The position numbers and the translations under genes were made by a program. Below are positions 35,317 through 45,622 of a stretch of 64,000 nucleotides of DNA, one piece after another (position 1 is the stretch's first letter; each line of letters opens with the position of its first letter). The DNA is from an uncultured SAR86 cluster bacterium (GTDB lineage: Bacteria; Pseudomonadota; Gammaproteobacteria; Magnimaribacterales; D2472). The notes under the pieces are model-generated. The model did no database searches and was not told where the DNA came from. It worked only from the letters and a program-made list of their open reading frames with translations. The stretch is taken from the NCBI GenBank assembly GCA_902558395.1, contig CACEDS010000001.1:72180-136179 (forward strand), given 5' to 3'.

Positions 35317-36567
35317 TTATCGCCATGTAGTTAATTTTTTTTGAACAGGCACTAATTTAAATTCTTTTAAATCTGGAATTCCATTTTTAAACGGAGGATT
35401 TGATTCTCCCTGAATAAGTGGGCTCAGATAATCTAATCCTCTTGCAGTAACCCCCATTCCGTTTTTTGTAATAAAAGATTTTGGTAATTTTTTTTCTAGA
35501 TTGGCAATTTTAGATAGTGGAGCTGGTTCTATTTTCCATTTATATTTACTACTTTTACTTCTTACAATTATTGGCATTACACCATTCATACCTGCTAAAG
35601 CATATTTGATAGCATGAGCCCCAACAGCTTCTGCATGGGCTAAATCTACTTTTGAAGCTATATGACTTGCACTTCTTTGAAGATAATCAGAAACAGCCCA
35701 ATGGTTTTTAAGTTTTAATTTTGTGCTAATAAGACCTGCTATATAAGGGGCAACTCCACCTAATTGAGCATGTCCAAAAGCATCTTTTGTATTTGATTCA
35801 GAAAGAAATTTACCTTTGCTGTTTTTAACACCCTCTGACACAACCACAACACAAAAACCTTTATCTGAAACAGTTTTCTTTACGAGTGATAAGAACTCTT
35901 TTTGATTAAAAGTAATTTCTGGTAAAAGAATAATATGCGGAGCATCTCCTTTATTTTTTCTTGCCAAAGCTGATGAGGCAGCCATCCATCCAGCATGCCT
36001 TCCCATCACCTCCATAATAAAAACCTTTGTTGAGGTTTCTGACATTGACTGAACATCCAAAGAAGCTTCTTGTATTGAGGTTGCAATATATTTAGCTGCA
36101 GAGCCAAACCCAGGACAACAATCTGTGAGTGCTAAGTCATTATCTACTGTTTTTGGAATAGCAATACATTGGATCGGATAGTTAAGTTTTTTACTTATTT
36201 GAGATACCTTAAAAGCAGTATCGGCGGAATCATTTCCGCCATTATAGAAAAAATAACCAATATTATGAGCCTTGAATACTTCAATTAGTCTTCTATATTC
36301 CTTTTCGCTAGTTTCAAGATCTTTAAGCTTAAACCTACAAGATCCAAATATACCACCCGGTCTGTACCTTAAGGATAATAGAGAATTATTTGATTCTTTT
36401 GATGTATCAATCAAATCTTCACGAAGTGCTCCTAGTATTCCATTTTTAGCAGCAAAAACCTTTCCAATCTTATTACTTTTTTTTGCTTCTAGAATTAAAG
36501 CTCCTGCTGTTGCATTTATTACTGCAGTCACGCCACCAGATTGAGCATATAAAGCATTTTTTTTCAT
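35317..36567 (-). CDS. pfk: 6-phosphofructokinase family enzyme (possibly PPi-dependent type)
   Basis: 416 aa with QSGGVTAVINA, GGNDS in place of GGDGS, and PKTVDNDL. Confidence 0.85.
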   Translation of the reverse strand: MKKNALYAQSGGVTAVINATAGALILEAKKSNKIGKVFAAKNGILGALREDLIDTSKESNNSLLSLRYRPGGIFGSCRFKLKDLETSEKEYRRLIEVFKAHNIGYFFYNGGNDSADTAFKVSQISKKLNYPIQCIAIPKTVDNDLALTDCCPGFGSAAKYIATSIQEASLDVQSMSETSTKVFIMEVMGRHAGWMAASSALARKNKGDAPHIILLPEITFNQKEFLSLVKKTVSDKGFCVVVVSEGVKNSKGKFLSESNTKDAFGHAQLGGVAPYIAGLISTKLKLKNHWAVSDYLQRSASHIASKVDLAHAEAVGAHAIKYALAGMNGVMPIIVRSKSSKYKWKIEPAPLSKIANLEKKLPKSFITKNGMGVTARGLDYLSPLIQGESNPPFKNGIPDLKEFKLVPVQKKLTTWR

Positions 36568-36620
36568 TTTTCCCCACCCAAATATGTTGTAATAAAACTT
36601 GTTAAAGTATTATAACTAAT

Positions 36621-37913
36621 ATGAAGATACATATCTTAGGCATCTGTGGAACCTTCATGGGTGGCCTTGCGCAAATACTCAAAGATTCCGGTCATGATGT
36701 CTCAGGTTCAGATATGCAATTTTATCCACCGATGTCAGATCATCTAGATGCTTTAAAAATTGATTTAATAGAGGGTTATGCATTAGATAATCTTCCTGAG
36801 GCTGATTTATATGTAATTGGCAATGCATTATCGAGAGGAAATGAATCCGTTGAACATATATTAAATAATCGTCTTCCATTTAAATCAGGACCTGAAATGC
36901 TTGGTGAAATTCTTAGAAATAGAAAAGTATTTGCTGTATCAGGAACACATGGTAAAACAACTACCTCTTATATGCTTACACATATTCTTAAGTCATCAGG
37001 TAGGGATATTGGTTATTTAGTTGGCGGAATTTCAAATGATATTGATGGTTCAGCTTCTCTTGGAACCGATGAAATATTTGTTATTGAGGCTGATGAATAT
37101 GACTCGGCTTTTTTTGATAAAAGATCAAAATTTATTCATTACTCGCCTGATACCCTTGTTATTAACAATATAGAGTTTGATCATGCTGATATATTTAATA
37201 ATTTAGATGATATAAAAAAACAATTTCATCATCTTTTAAAAATTATTCCATCTAACGGAAATATCGTATGTTTTTATGATGATAGAAATGTTGTAGATGT
37301 TCTCGATATGGGATGCTGGTCAAATGTTATTAAAATTAATGATAAAAATTTAAAAATTAATTTTAGCTCTAAAGAAATAAAAATAGATGAAGATATATTT
37401 TTATTAAACTCTTTACCTTTAATTGGAGAGCATAATTTTAAAAATTATGTTTCAGCAATAATGGCTGCAACCACATGCGGTATATCAGTAAACGATTCTA
37501 TTAAGGCATTAGAAAGTTTCAATGGAGTGCGAAGAAGACTGGAATATAAAGGAGAGCATTCTGGTGTGAAAATTTATGATGATTTTGCTCATCACCCAAC
37601 TGCAATAACCTATGCATCAGAAGCTATCAGAAATGAATTTAAAGAGAATAAAATATTAGGAGTTATCGAGCTTGGATCAAACACTATGTCCTCTGGATCT
37701 CATGGTAATGCTATTTTTGATTCAGTAACTGCTTTTGATAAAGTGATATGGCTTGATCACAACAAAGTTATTAAAGATGATGAATCTTTCAACCGCCATG
37801 AAGAATGTATTAGTAATATAAAAAGTATTATAAAAGATTATGATGTTGTTCTTTTAATGACAAATAAAGATAGTAGTAAACTTTATGGACCGATTATTGA
37901 TTTTTTATCATGA
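36621..37913 (+). CDS. mpl: UDP-N-acetylmuramate:L-alanyl-gamma-D-glutamyl-meso-DAP ligase (murein peptide recycling)
   Basis: 430 aa: MKIHILGICGTFMGGLAQILKDSGHDVSGSD..YPPMS, with the Mur ligase P-loop GTHGKTTT. Confidence 0.9.
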   Translation: MKIHILGICGTFMGGLAQILKDSGHDVSGSDMQFYPPMSDHLDALKIDLIEGYALDNLPEADLYVIGNALSRGNESVEHILNNRLPFKSGPEMLGEILRNRKVFAVSGTHGKTTTSYMLTHILKSSGRDIGYLVGGISNDIDGSASLGTDEIFVIEADEYDSAFFDKRSKFIHYSPDTLVINNIEFDHADIFNNLDDIKKQFHHLLKIIPSNGNIVCFYDDRNVVDVLDMGCWSNVIKINDKNLKINFSSKEIKIDEDIFLLNSLPLIGEHNFKNYVSAIMAATTCGISVNDSIKALESFNGVRRRLEYKGEHSGVKIYDDFAHHPTAITYASEAIRNEFKENKILGVIELGSNTMSSGSHGNAIFDSVTAFDKVIWLDHNKVIKDDESFNRHEECISNIKSIIKDYDVVLLMTNKDSSKLYGPIIDFLS

Positions 37914-38491
37914 AAAATAACTTGCCTGTTTTTCCTCTTGGCTTGGTTGCCCTGCCTGGTAGCATTCAATCACTACAAATTTTTGAACCAAGATATCTAA
38001 AGATGATTAAGAAATGCATGTCAGATAGTCATGGATTTGTGATTGTTTTGAAAATAAATGATGCATCTGAATTTGGAATTTCTAAAAAAGGTACTTATGT
38101 TGAAATAGTTGATTTTAATAATCTTCCAAATGGTCTTCTTGGCATCACTGTCAAAGCTGAAACTAAAGTTTCAATTAACAATATATGCCAACTTGAAGAT
38201 GGGTTGCATATTGCAGATATTAAGCCCGAGATAGATCCTGAGGTTGATAATCAAGCTTTGTTAGCAGAGTATCCTGATATAATTAATATTTTATCTCAGA
38301 TAATAAAGCATCCAAAAGTTAATGAGCTTCCAATCAAAGTAGATTTTAATTCTGCTGATTCTGTTGCCTACCACCTTGCAGGCCTGATTCCGCTTACTTC
38401 AATCCAGAAGCAAAATTTACTTGAAGCATTTGATGCCACTCAAAGACTTTCAATCTTATCAAAGTACATTGAAAAAATTTCTAGTCTTTAA
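37910..38491 (+). CDS. LON substrate-binding (N-terminal, PUA-like) domain protein
   Basis: 193 aa. LPVFPLGLVALPGSIQSLQIFEPRYLKMI is the typical Lon-N start. No ATPase or protease domain. Confidence 0.7.
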   Translation: MKNNLPVFPLGLVALPGSIQSLQIFEPRYLKMIKKCMSDSHGFVIVLKINDASEFGISKKGTYVEIVDFNNLPNGLLGITVKAETKVSINNICQLEDGLHIADIKPEIDPEVDNQALLAEYPDIINILSQIIKHPKVNELPIKVDFNSADSVAYHLAGLIPLTSIQKQNLLEAFDATQRLSILSKYIEKISSL

Positions 38492-38916
38492 GCAATTCTT
38501 ATCGGTGGCTTATTTGATTTTCTTCTTAGCCAGTTTATAGATTTTAAAATTGTAGGAATAGCAATAAATTTTTTCTCAATAGAATACTTGCCAGGATAAT
38601 TGCTCATCATTAAACCGATAATGATTGTAAATAAACCTTGACCAGGAAGGACAAGCATCATTATGCCTCCTAGAATAAGCGAGTACCCAATTAGATTTTT
38701 AAAAATTAAGACCATATACCAAATAAAAATATTACTTGTCTTAATTTTTGAATCTTTTTTATTTATAAAATAATCCTCAGGAATTAATGAAACAAGCCAC
38801 TTTATGCTTAACAAACTAAACAAGAAAACGAATAAAGAAATAGACCCAAACCAAAGAATTAAATTTTTATAAACATTAAAAATCTCTATCAATGAATTAA
38901 ATGATGTTAATTCCAA
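38488..38916 (-). CDS. small membrane protein (PGPGW-like)
   Basis: 142 aa with 3-4 TM segments and LPGQGLFTII resembling the PGPGW motif. Low certainty. Confidence 0.4.
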   Translation of the reverse strand: MELTSFNSLIEIFNVYKNLILWFGSISLFVFLFSLLSIKWLVSLIPEDYFINKKDSKIKTSNIFIWYMVLIFKNLIGYSLILGGIMMLVLPGQGLFTIIIGLMMSNYPGKYSIEKKFIAIPTILKSINWLRRKSNKPPIRIA

Positions 38917-39008
38917 AATTTGTCACCTTTTTTATAAATAATGATTTAGTATAACTCTCAATATAAGTTAATTTTTAGTTAATAAAAACTATTGAAATAT
39001 AAATAATC

Positions 39009-39356
39009 TTGTCTGAGAAAAAACTTCAAAATATTTGCCAAAAAAGTCTAGAATATAATAAAGCTGAAAATATTTTATCACTTGATATTGAGGGCATCTC
39101 GTCTTTTGCAGATGTAATAATGATTGCAACAGCTAATTCAAATAGACATGCAAAATCTCTTGCAGATAAACTTGTTGAATCAATTAAAGCAGGCAATAAA
39201 AATGTTTTAAATGTTGAAGGCAAAGTAGAGTCAGGTTGGATTTTAGTTGACTGTGGTGGTGTCGTTGTCAATATTATGAAAGAGGACATAAGAGAGTTTT
39301 ATGATCTAGAAGGCCTATGGGGGGAAAATACCCTTTTGAATTCTTCTAATCAATGA
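39009..39356 (+). CDS. rsfS: ribosome silencing factor
   Basis: 115 aa, TTG start. Has the FADVIMIATANSNRHAKSLAD motif and the conserved position upstream of rlmH. Confidence 0.85.
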   Translation: MSEKKLQNICQKSLEYNKAENILSLDIEGISSFADVIMIATANSNRHAKSLADKLVESIKAGNKNVLNVEGKVESGWILVDCGGVVVNIMKEDIREFYDLEGLWGENTLLNSSNQ

Positions 39357-39817
39357 ACCTTTCTATTATTTCTGTTGGCAACAAGCCTAATAAATGGGAA
39401 TTAGAGGGAATAAATTACTATCTTAAGCAACTAAATAATCATGTAAAAATTGATTTTATAAACGTAAAAGGTCAACAAAACCCGAAAAGATCAATAGAAG
39501 AAGTAATTAAATTAGAAGCAGATTTAATTTTAAAAAAAATTCCTAGTGATAGCTTTCTGATCATATGTGATATGGCTGGCGATAAAGTTAGCAGTAGTGA
39601 GTTCAGTAAAATATTTGAAAATTTAATGCATGAAAACACAAAAGTTTGCTTCGTAATTGGAGGGTCGTTTGGGTTATCTGAAGATCTTAAATTGATTTCA
39701 AACAAAGTGCTCTCAGCATCAAATTTTACATTTCCTCATCGGCTTTTTAGAATAATTTTGGTTGAACAAATATATAGAGCAATTTCGATAATAAATAATG
39801 CGCCATATCACAAATGA
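39353..39817 (+). CDS. rlmH: 23S rRNA (pseudouridine1915-N3)-methyltransferase
   Basis: 154 aa, SPOUT fold, with FVIGGSFGLSE and FPHRLFRIILVEQIYRA. Confidence 0.9.
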   Translation: MNLSIISVGNKPNKWELEGINYYLKQLNNHVKIDFINVKGQQNPKRSIEEVIKLEADLILKKIPSDSFLIICDMAGDKVSSSEFSKIFENLMHENTKVCFVIGGSFGLSEDLKLISNKVLSASNFTFPHRLFRIILVEQIYRAISIINNAPYHK

Positions 39818-39829
39818 TTGATTTAACAA

Positions 39830-41668
39830 ATGATTGATTTAAATGAAAGGTATGCTGAAAAGAAGAGTTTTTTTAATAGACTAGTAGTGGTTTATGTATT
39901 TTTTGGTTTTGTATTTTCATTTTTTCTTTATCAAACCTACTCACTCCAAGTCTCTGAATACAAAGACTATGAGACAGCAGCAATTGCAAACAAAACAAAA
40001 GAGGTATTGGTACAACCAGTAAGAGGAATAATTTATGATAGATCTGGAAAGATTATTGTAAACAATGTCCCAACTTATGATCTCATAGTAAAAGCGTCGC
40101 TAATAAAAAATATAGATGCTTTCTTGTCTGATTTATCGCCAATTATTGAGCTAGATTCAAATGAATTAGACTATGTTAGAGAAAATTTTGATCTTAAAGC
40201 TCGTTACAACAGAGAGCTAATTGTAAAAAAAAATCTGTCTAGGGAAGAAATTGCCAAATTTGAAGTAAGGGGTTATAAATTTCCGAATGCATTTATTGAT
40301 GTTAGATATAGTCGTTATAACAATTATCCGGAATTATTTTCACATGCTGTAGGATATGTGGGAGGTGTTAATAATGATGAGCTAGCCTCAATACTTAACA
40401 GTCAAGCATTACCGCAAATAGAGACAATTTTTAAATATTCAAATGGATTTCAAATAGGTAAAACAGGACTGGAAAGCACTTATGATCAAATACTAAGAGG
40501 TAAATTTGGTAAGAAAATTTTTGAAGTTGATGCTAGAGGAAGATTTGTTGAAGAAAGAGAGTTCATTAAACCCACAAATGGCGAAAATCTTTTTACAACA
40601 TTAGATATTGAAGCTCAACAAGTTGCCTATGATCAGATGGGTAACAGACGCGGAGCTGTTGTTGCAATTGAGATAGATAGTGGGTCAATTGTCAGCTACG
40701 TTAGTACGCCTAGTTTTTCAACTAATGCAATTTCGAATGGAATTTCTTCTAGGGCATTTAATGCGCTAATCCAAGATAATGATAAACCTTTTTTCGATAG
40801 AGCCTCTCAAGGGAGATATTCTCCTGCGTCAACAATCAAGCCTGCTATTGCTCTATTTGGTATAGAAAATAATATTATTGATTGGGATTTTTCTATGGAA
40901 GATCCTGGATATTTTATATTACCTGAAGATCAAAGAGTCTACAGGGGGTGGAGAAAAGGAGGGCATGGAAATGTTAACTTGAACAAGGCAATGATTGTTA
41001 GTTCAAATACTTTCTTCTTCTCGTTAGCTTATAAGTCAGATATCAATAAATTAATTGAACATTTATCTAACTTTGGCTTTGGAAGTGAAGTTTGTGCAGA
41101 TTGCTTTAACCCCGATAAAGCTTTATTGCCGACCCCAGAATGGAAAATGAACAATCTAAATTTTGGATGGTTTAAGGGAGACACCGTTAATTTGGGAGTG
41201 GGTCAAGGCTATCTTAGTGCTACTCCATTACAACTAGCATATTACTCCACAGTATTAGCTAATAAAGGAACTTCTAAAGAACTATCATTCATTCACGAAA
41301 GGCAAGACATCAAAAATCTAAATATACAATTAAATAATACTGATGATCTTGATTGGAAAAGATTACATCAAAGCATGATAGGAGTGATAGAGAGCCCTAT
41401 TGGAACAGCAAAAAGATTGCAAGAACTAAAAACATATACAGTTGCTGCTAAATCTGGAACCGTTGAGTTGGTTAGCACAGATACCAAAGAGGATTACAAA
41501 ATTATAAGAGAGAATGAAGGAAATAGGGACCATGCGATTATCATTGCTTTTGGGCCTATGCCCAACCCAAAATATGCTGTGAGCGTGGTTATAGAAAATG
41601 GCGAAAGCGGAGGTTCTGTCGCTGGACCAGTTGCAATAGCAGTTCTCAATAGTTTGGTAGGTAAATGA
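39830..41668 (+). CDS. mrdA: penicillin-binding protein 2 (elongasome transpeptidase)
   Basis: 612 aa with an N-terminal anchor, SxxK (ASTIKP), SxN (SSN) and KSGT. Confidence 0.93.
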   Translation: MIDLNERYAEKKSFFNRLVVVYVFFGFVFSFFLYQTYSLQVSEYKDYETAAIANKTKEVLVQPVRGIIYDRSGKIIVNNVPTYDLIVKASLIKNIDAFLSDLSPIIELDSNELDYVRENFDLKARYNRELIVKKNLSREEIAKFEVRGYKFPNAFIDVRYSRYNNYPELFSHAVGYVGGVNNDELASILNSQALPQIETIFKYSNGFQIGKTGLESTYDQILRGKFGKKIFEVDARGRFVEEREFIKPTNGENLFTTLDIEAQQVAYDQMGNRRGAVVAIEIDSGSIVSYVSTPSFSTNAISNGISSRAFNALIQDNDKPFFDRASQGRYSPASTIKPAIALFGIENNIIDWDFSMEDPGYFILPEDQRVYRGWRKGGHGNVNLNKAMIVSSNTFFFSLAYKSDINKLIEHLSNFGFGSEVCADCFNPDKALLPTPEWKMNNLNFGWFKGDTVNLGVGQGYLSATPLQLAYYSTVLANKGTSKELSFIHERQDIKNLNIQLNNTDDLDWKRLHQSMIGVIESPIGTAKRLQELKTYTVAAKSGTVELVSTDTKEDYKIIRENEGNRDHAIIIAFGPMPNPKYAVSVVIENGESGGSVAGPVAIAVLNSLVGK

Positions 41669-42765
41669 AAAAAAAACTAACGTTTAAAAATTTCTCAATA
41701 TATTTTGATCAATATTTATTCATTTCTATTACTTTATTGTCCGTAATGGGCTTATTTTTTTTATATAGCGCATCACAAGGAGACATCAACACAGTTATTA
41801 AACAATCAATATTTGTAGGATTTGGATTATTTTTAATGTTTATCTTAAGCCAACCAGACCCAGATTTTTATAAGATATTTTCTAGTCTATTTATTATCTT
41901 AGCTGTATTGTTGATGTTTGCTACCATGATTTTTGGAAGAGAGGTAAATGGAGCAAAAAGATGGCTTAATTTTGGTTTTTTCACCTTACAAACCTCGGAA
42001 ATAATAAAAATTGCATTACCAATCTTTTTAGCTTCATATTTATATAACAAACCTTTACCAATAAGCTTAAAACATACTTTTATTACACTAGCTTTAATTT
42101 GCTTTGTCTTTTATTTAGTTTATTCACAGCCTGATCTTGGAACAGGCCTTGTTGTGTTTATGGCTGGAATTTATATTTTGTTTTTAGCAGGATTAAGCTG
42201 GAAATTTATTTTTACATCTTTTGGCTTGATAGTTCTTTCGATGCCTTTTTTATGGAACAATTTTTTAGAACCCTTTCAGAGACAAAGAATTTTAACTTTT
42301 ATAGACCCGTCTAGTGATCCTTTTGGAAGTAGTTGGAATATTACACAATCAAAAATTGCTATTGGCTCCGGAGGTATGAGTGGAAAAGGTTATCAAGAAG
42401 GTTCGCAGGCACATTTAAATTTTTTACCTGAAGCTGAAACAGATTTTATTTTTGCAGTGATTGCTGAAGAATTTGGATTCATTGGTATTTGTGTCTTACT
42501 ATCTTTCTTCTTTTTTATATTATTGAGATGTATTTATTTAGCTTTTAATGCTAGAGACAGATTTTGTAGATTAACCATTGGTGGCCTTAGCCTAGTATTT
42601 GCATCAACACTATTTATTAATTTGGGTATGGTTGTTGGCATAATACCTGTTGTGGGGATGCCCATGCCATTTATCAGCAAAGGAGGTTCATCTTTGTTAT
42701 CATTCTATATATCTTTTGGAATTATTATTTCTATGGCCACACATAAAAAATTGATGCAAAAATGA
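41665..42765 (+). CDS. mrdB: SEDS glycosyltransferase RodA
   Basis: 366 aa, 10 TM, with LQTSEIIKI and FISKGGSSL motifs. Overlaps mrdA by 4 nt. Confidence 0.93.
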   Translation: MKKKLTFKNFSIYFDQYLFISITLLSVMGLFFLYSASQGDINTVIKQSIFVGFGLFLMFILSQPDPDFYKIFSSLFIILAVLLMFATMIFGREVNGAKRWLNFGFFTLQTSEIIKIALPIFLASYLYNKPLPISLKHTFITLALICFVFYLVYSQPDLGTGLVVFMAGIYILFLAGLSWKFIFTSFGLIVLSMPFLWNNFLEPFQRQRILTFIDPSSDPFGSSWNITQSKIAIGSGGMSGKGYQEGSQAHLNFLPEAETDFIFAVIAEEFGFIGICVLLSFFFFILLRCIYLAFNARDRFCRLTIGGLSLVFASTLFINLGMVVGIIPVVGMPMPFISKGGSSLLSFYISFGIIISMATHKKLMQK

Positions 42766-43649
42766 AAAAATTTATATTAATTACATTGTCAATCTCATTG
42801 TTTGTCGAAGGTGATTATTTAGCGCATCCCAAATCACAAGCATTAATTGATGAACTTGTTACAAATCATGGATTTAAACAATCATTTGTAGAAGATGTCT
42901 TATCAAATGCTGTAAGGCAACAAAAAATAATTGATTCAATTTCAAAACCTGCTGAATTTACTTGGACGTGGGATAGATATAAAAAATTGTTCATAGAAGA
43001 TAAAAGAATTGCTAATGGAAAATTGTTCATTAAAAACAATTTTCAAACTCTTGAAAGAGCAGAAAAAGAATTTGGAGTACCTAAGGAGGTAATAACTGCA
43101 ATTTTAGGTGTTGAAACAAGGTATGGAAAAATTCAAGGCAGCTACAGAGTTATTGATAGTTTGCTTACACTTGGTTTCGATTATCCTAGGAGAGCAAAAT
43201 TTTTTAGAAAAGAACTCGTTGACTTTTTTTTACTGACCAGAGAAAACGATTTAAATATAAATGAAATAAAGGGCTCATATGCCGGTGCAATGGGTTATGG
43301 ACAATTTATTTCTTCAAGTTATAGAGCATATGCAATTGATTATGATGGGGATGGGTATGCAGATTTATTTAGCTCAGTTGATGATGCAATAGGAAGCATA
43401 GCTAACTACTTATATATTCATGGATGGAAAAAAGATGGCCAAATTATTTACGATGCTTATCCAAACAATGTAAGAAAAGTATTTCAACCAAATAAAAACC
43501 TTTCGAAATTTATACCATTAAGCTTTAATGAGGATGGAAAAGATATATATTTTATTGGGGATGATAACTTTATTGCAATAACCAAATATAATATCAGTCA
43601 CTTTTACGCTATGGCGATTTATTATTTATCAGAAGAGTTAAAAAAATGA
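42762..43649 (+). CDS. mltB: lytic murein transglycosylase B family
   Basis: 295 aa with GVETRYG and GAMGYGQFISSSY. Confidence 0.85.
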   Translation: MKKFILITLSISLFVEGDYLAHPKSQALIDELVTNHGFKQSFVEDVLSNAVRQQKIIDSISKPAEFTWTWDRYKKLFIEDKRIANGKLFIKNNFQTLERAEKEFGVPKEVITAILGVETRYGKIQGSYRVIDSLLTLGFDYPRRAKFFRKELVDFFLLTRENDLNINEIKGSYAGAMGYGQFISSSYRAYAIDYDGDGYADLFSSVDDAIGSIANYLYIHGWKKDGQIIYDAYPNNVRKVFQPNKNLSKFIPLSFNEDGKDIYFIGDDNFIAITKYNISHFYAMAIYYLSEELKK

Positions 43650-44803
43650 AAAATTTATTAGTATTACCCTTATTAACATCAATGGTTGCTTTTGGTCAAA
43701 GCTTTGTACCTGATGCACCAGAACTTGATTTAAAAAGTTATATCTTAATTGAACCTAATACAAATACAGTAATTGCAGAATTTAATTCAAGCTCTGAAAT
43801 TGAGCCTGCCAGCATGACTAAAATAATGACGGTATATGTCACTGCAGACCAGATATCTAACAATTTAATTTCAATAGATGATGAGGTTTTGATAAGCGAA
43901 AAAGCTTGGAGAATGGAAGGATCAAGAATGTTTGTCGAGGCTGGAAAAAAAGTAAGCGTATCAGACTTGCTTAAAGGAATAATAATTCAGTCAGGAAATG
44001 ACGCCTCGGTTGCTATATCTGAATATGTTGGCGGAACAGAAAGAGGTTTTGTTGACTTAATGAACGCTTACGCGAGTTCATTAAATATGAATAATACTAT
44101 TTTTCAGAATTCTACAGGTCTTCCTGATGACAATCATTTCTCGTCAGCACAAGATCTGGCGACTCTAACCTCAAATCTAATTACAAAGTTTCCAGATATA
44201 TATTCATTTTATAAAGAAAAACAATTCACTTTTAATGATATAAAACAATTAAACAGAAATAAGCTTTTGTGGAGAGATGATTCTTCAGATGGTGTAAAAA
44301 CCGGTCATACTGAAGCTGCAGGTTATTGTTTGGTTGGCTCAGCTAAAAGAGGCGATATGCGATTAATTACCGTGGTTGCAGGCAGTGATTCAGATAATAA
44401 TAGATTTTTGGCTAGTCAAAGGTTGTTAGAGTATGGCTTTAGGTTTTTTGCTACTCAAAAAGTTTTAAATGCTAATCAGGAATATAAAAAAATTAATATT
44501 TGGGGTGGTGTAGAAAAAACTCTTGGCTTGGGTGTTCTTGAAGATGTCTCTATTACTCTTCCAAGAACTAGCTTCAAAGACCTAACTGTTAATTATAATT
44601 ATAATAATAATATTCAAGCTCCAATTGAGGTTGGTCAAAAAATTGGAACCCTTGAAATTATTAGTAATGATGAGATTGTATTTTCAACCAACCTAGTTGC
44701 ACTAGAAAACATAAAGTCTAAGGGTTTCTTTGGAAGGCTTTGGTCAAAGTTTGTATTATGGATATTAAGTCTTTTTGGAATGACGGAGAATGCATCAGAT
44801 TAA
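43646..44803 (+). CDS. dacA: D-alanyl-D-alanine carboxypeptidase (PBP5/6 class)
   Basis: 385 aa with a signal peptide, SMTK (SxxK), SGN, KTGHT and a C-terminal amphipathic anchor. Confidence 0.9.
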   Translation: MKNLLVLPLLTSMVAFGQSFVPDAPELDLKSYILIEPNTNTVIAEFNSSSEIEPASMTKIMTVYVTADQISNNLISIDDEVLISEKAWRMEGSRMFVEAGKKVSVSDLLKGIIIQSGNDASVAISEYVGGTERGFVDLMNAYASSLNMNNTIFQNSTGLPDDNHFSSAQDLATLTSNLITKFPDIYSFYKEKQFTFNDIKQLNRNKLLWRDDSSDGVKTGHTEAAGYCLVGSAKRGDMRLITVVAGSDSDNNRFLASQRLLEYGFRFFATQKVLNANQEYKKINIWGGVEKTLGLGVLEDVSITLPRTSFKDLTVNYNYNNNIQAPIEVGQKIGTLEIISNDEIVFSTNLVALENIKSKGFFGRLWSKFVLWILSLFGMTENASD

Positions 44804-45617
44804 AGCTGTATTTAATGGTAATTTTGATTACATAGAAAATATAAAAGTTTCTCCCTTCTCAAGGGCGTATACATTTTCAGATAGTGTCTACGAAGTCATA
44901 CCTTTTTATAACAAGCAATCCATTTCATTTGAAAGTCATATTGAAAGGTTGCAAAGAAGTGTGGATGCTCTTTCAATAAACTTAGATGTAAAAAAAGTTA
45001 CAGCTGAAATCAATGAGTTGCTATCTTCATCAAGTTTTGATGATGGTTATATTTATTATCAAGTCACTAGAGGCGAAGATTTAATCAGATCACATATGTA
45101 CTCTGAACATATGAGTACAGAAACTTTTGGCTATATCACCCCCTGTGCATTTGAAACTAAAAAATTAAGTGTAATGATTTGTGAAGATACAAGGTGGGGA
45201 AGATGCGATATAAAATCAACCTCATTATTAGCCAATGTTATGAATATGAATAATGCTAGATTACATGATTGCGATGAGGTTGTTATGCATAAAGATGGAA
45301 TCTTAACCGAGGCTGGAGCTTCTAATTTATTCTTTATTAAAGACCACAATGTTTGCACACCAGCCCTATCTAACAATATTTTGCCGGGTATAACTAGATC
45401 AATTTTAATTGATGCTTTGTCAGATAAAGGTATTAAGGTTATTGAAGGGGATTTTAATTATCTTGAACTTAAGACTGCAACATCTGCTTGGCTTACAAGC
45501 TCTACTAAAGGCATTGCCCCAATAGAAAATATCGTTAACATTGATCACTCACTAAGTCTTGATGATTCTCTTTATATCTCTTGCAAGGAGATTTTTGACT
45601 CTAAATTTTTTGGGTAG
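44790..45617 (+). CDS. class-IV PLP aminotransferase (D-amino-acid / branched-chain type)
   Basis: 275 aa. Fold-type IV pattern (FSDSVYEVIP, CDIKSTSLL, EAGASNLFFIK, LPGITR). Substrate not assignable from sequence alone. Confidence 0.7.
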   Translation: MHQIKAVFNGNFDYIENIKVSPFSRAYTFSDSVYEVIPFYNKQSISFESHIERLQRSVDALSINLDVKKVTAEINELLSSSSFDDGYIYYQVTRGEDLIRSHMYSEHMSTETFGYITPCAFETKKLSVMICEDTRWGRCDIKSTSLLANVMNMNNARLHDCDEVVMHKDGILTEAGASNLFFIKDHNVCTPALSNNILPGITRSILIDALSDKGIKVIEGDFNYLELKTATSAWLTSSTKGIAPIENIVNIDHSLSLDDSLYISCKEIFDSKFFG

Positions 45618-45622
45618 TATTT

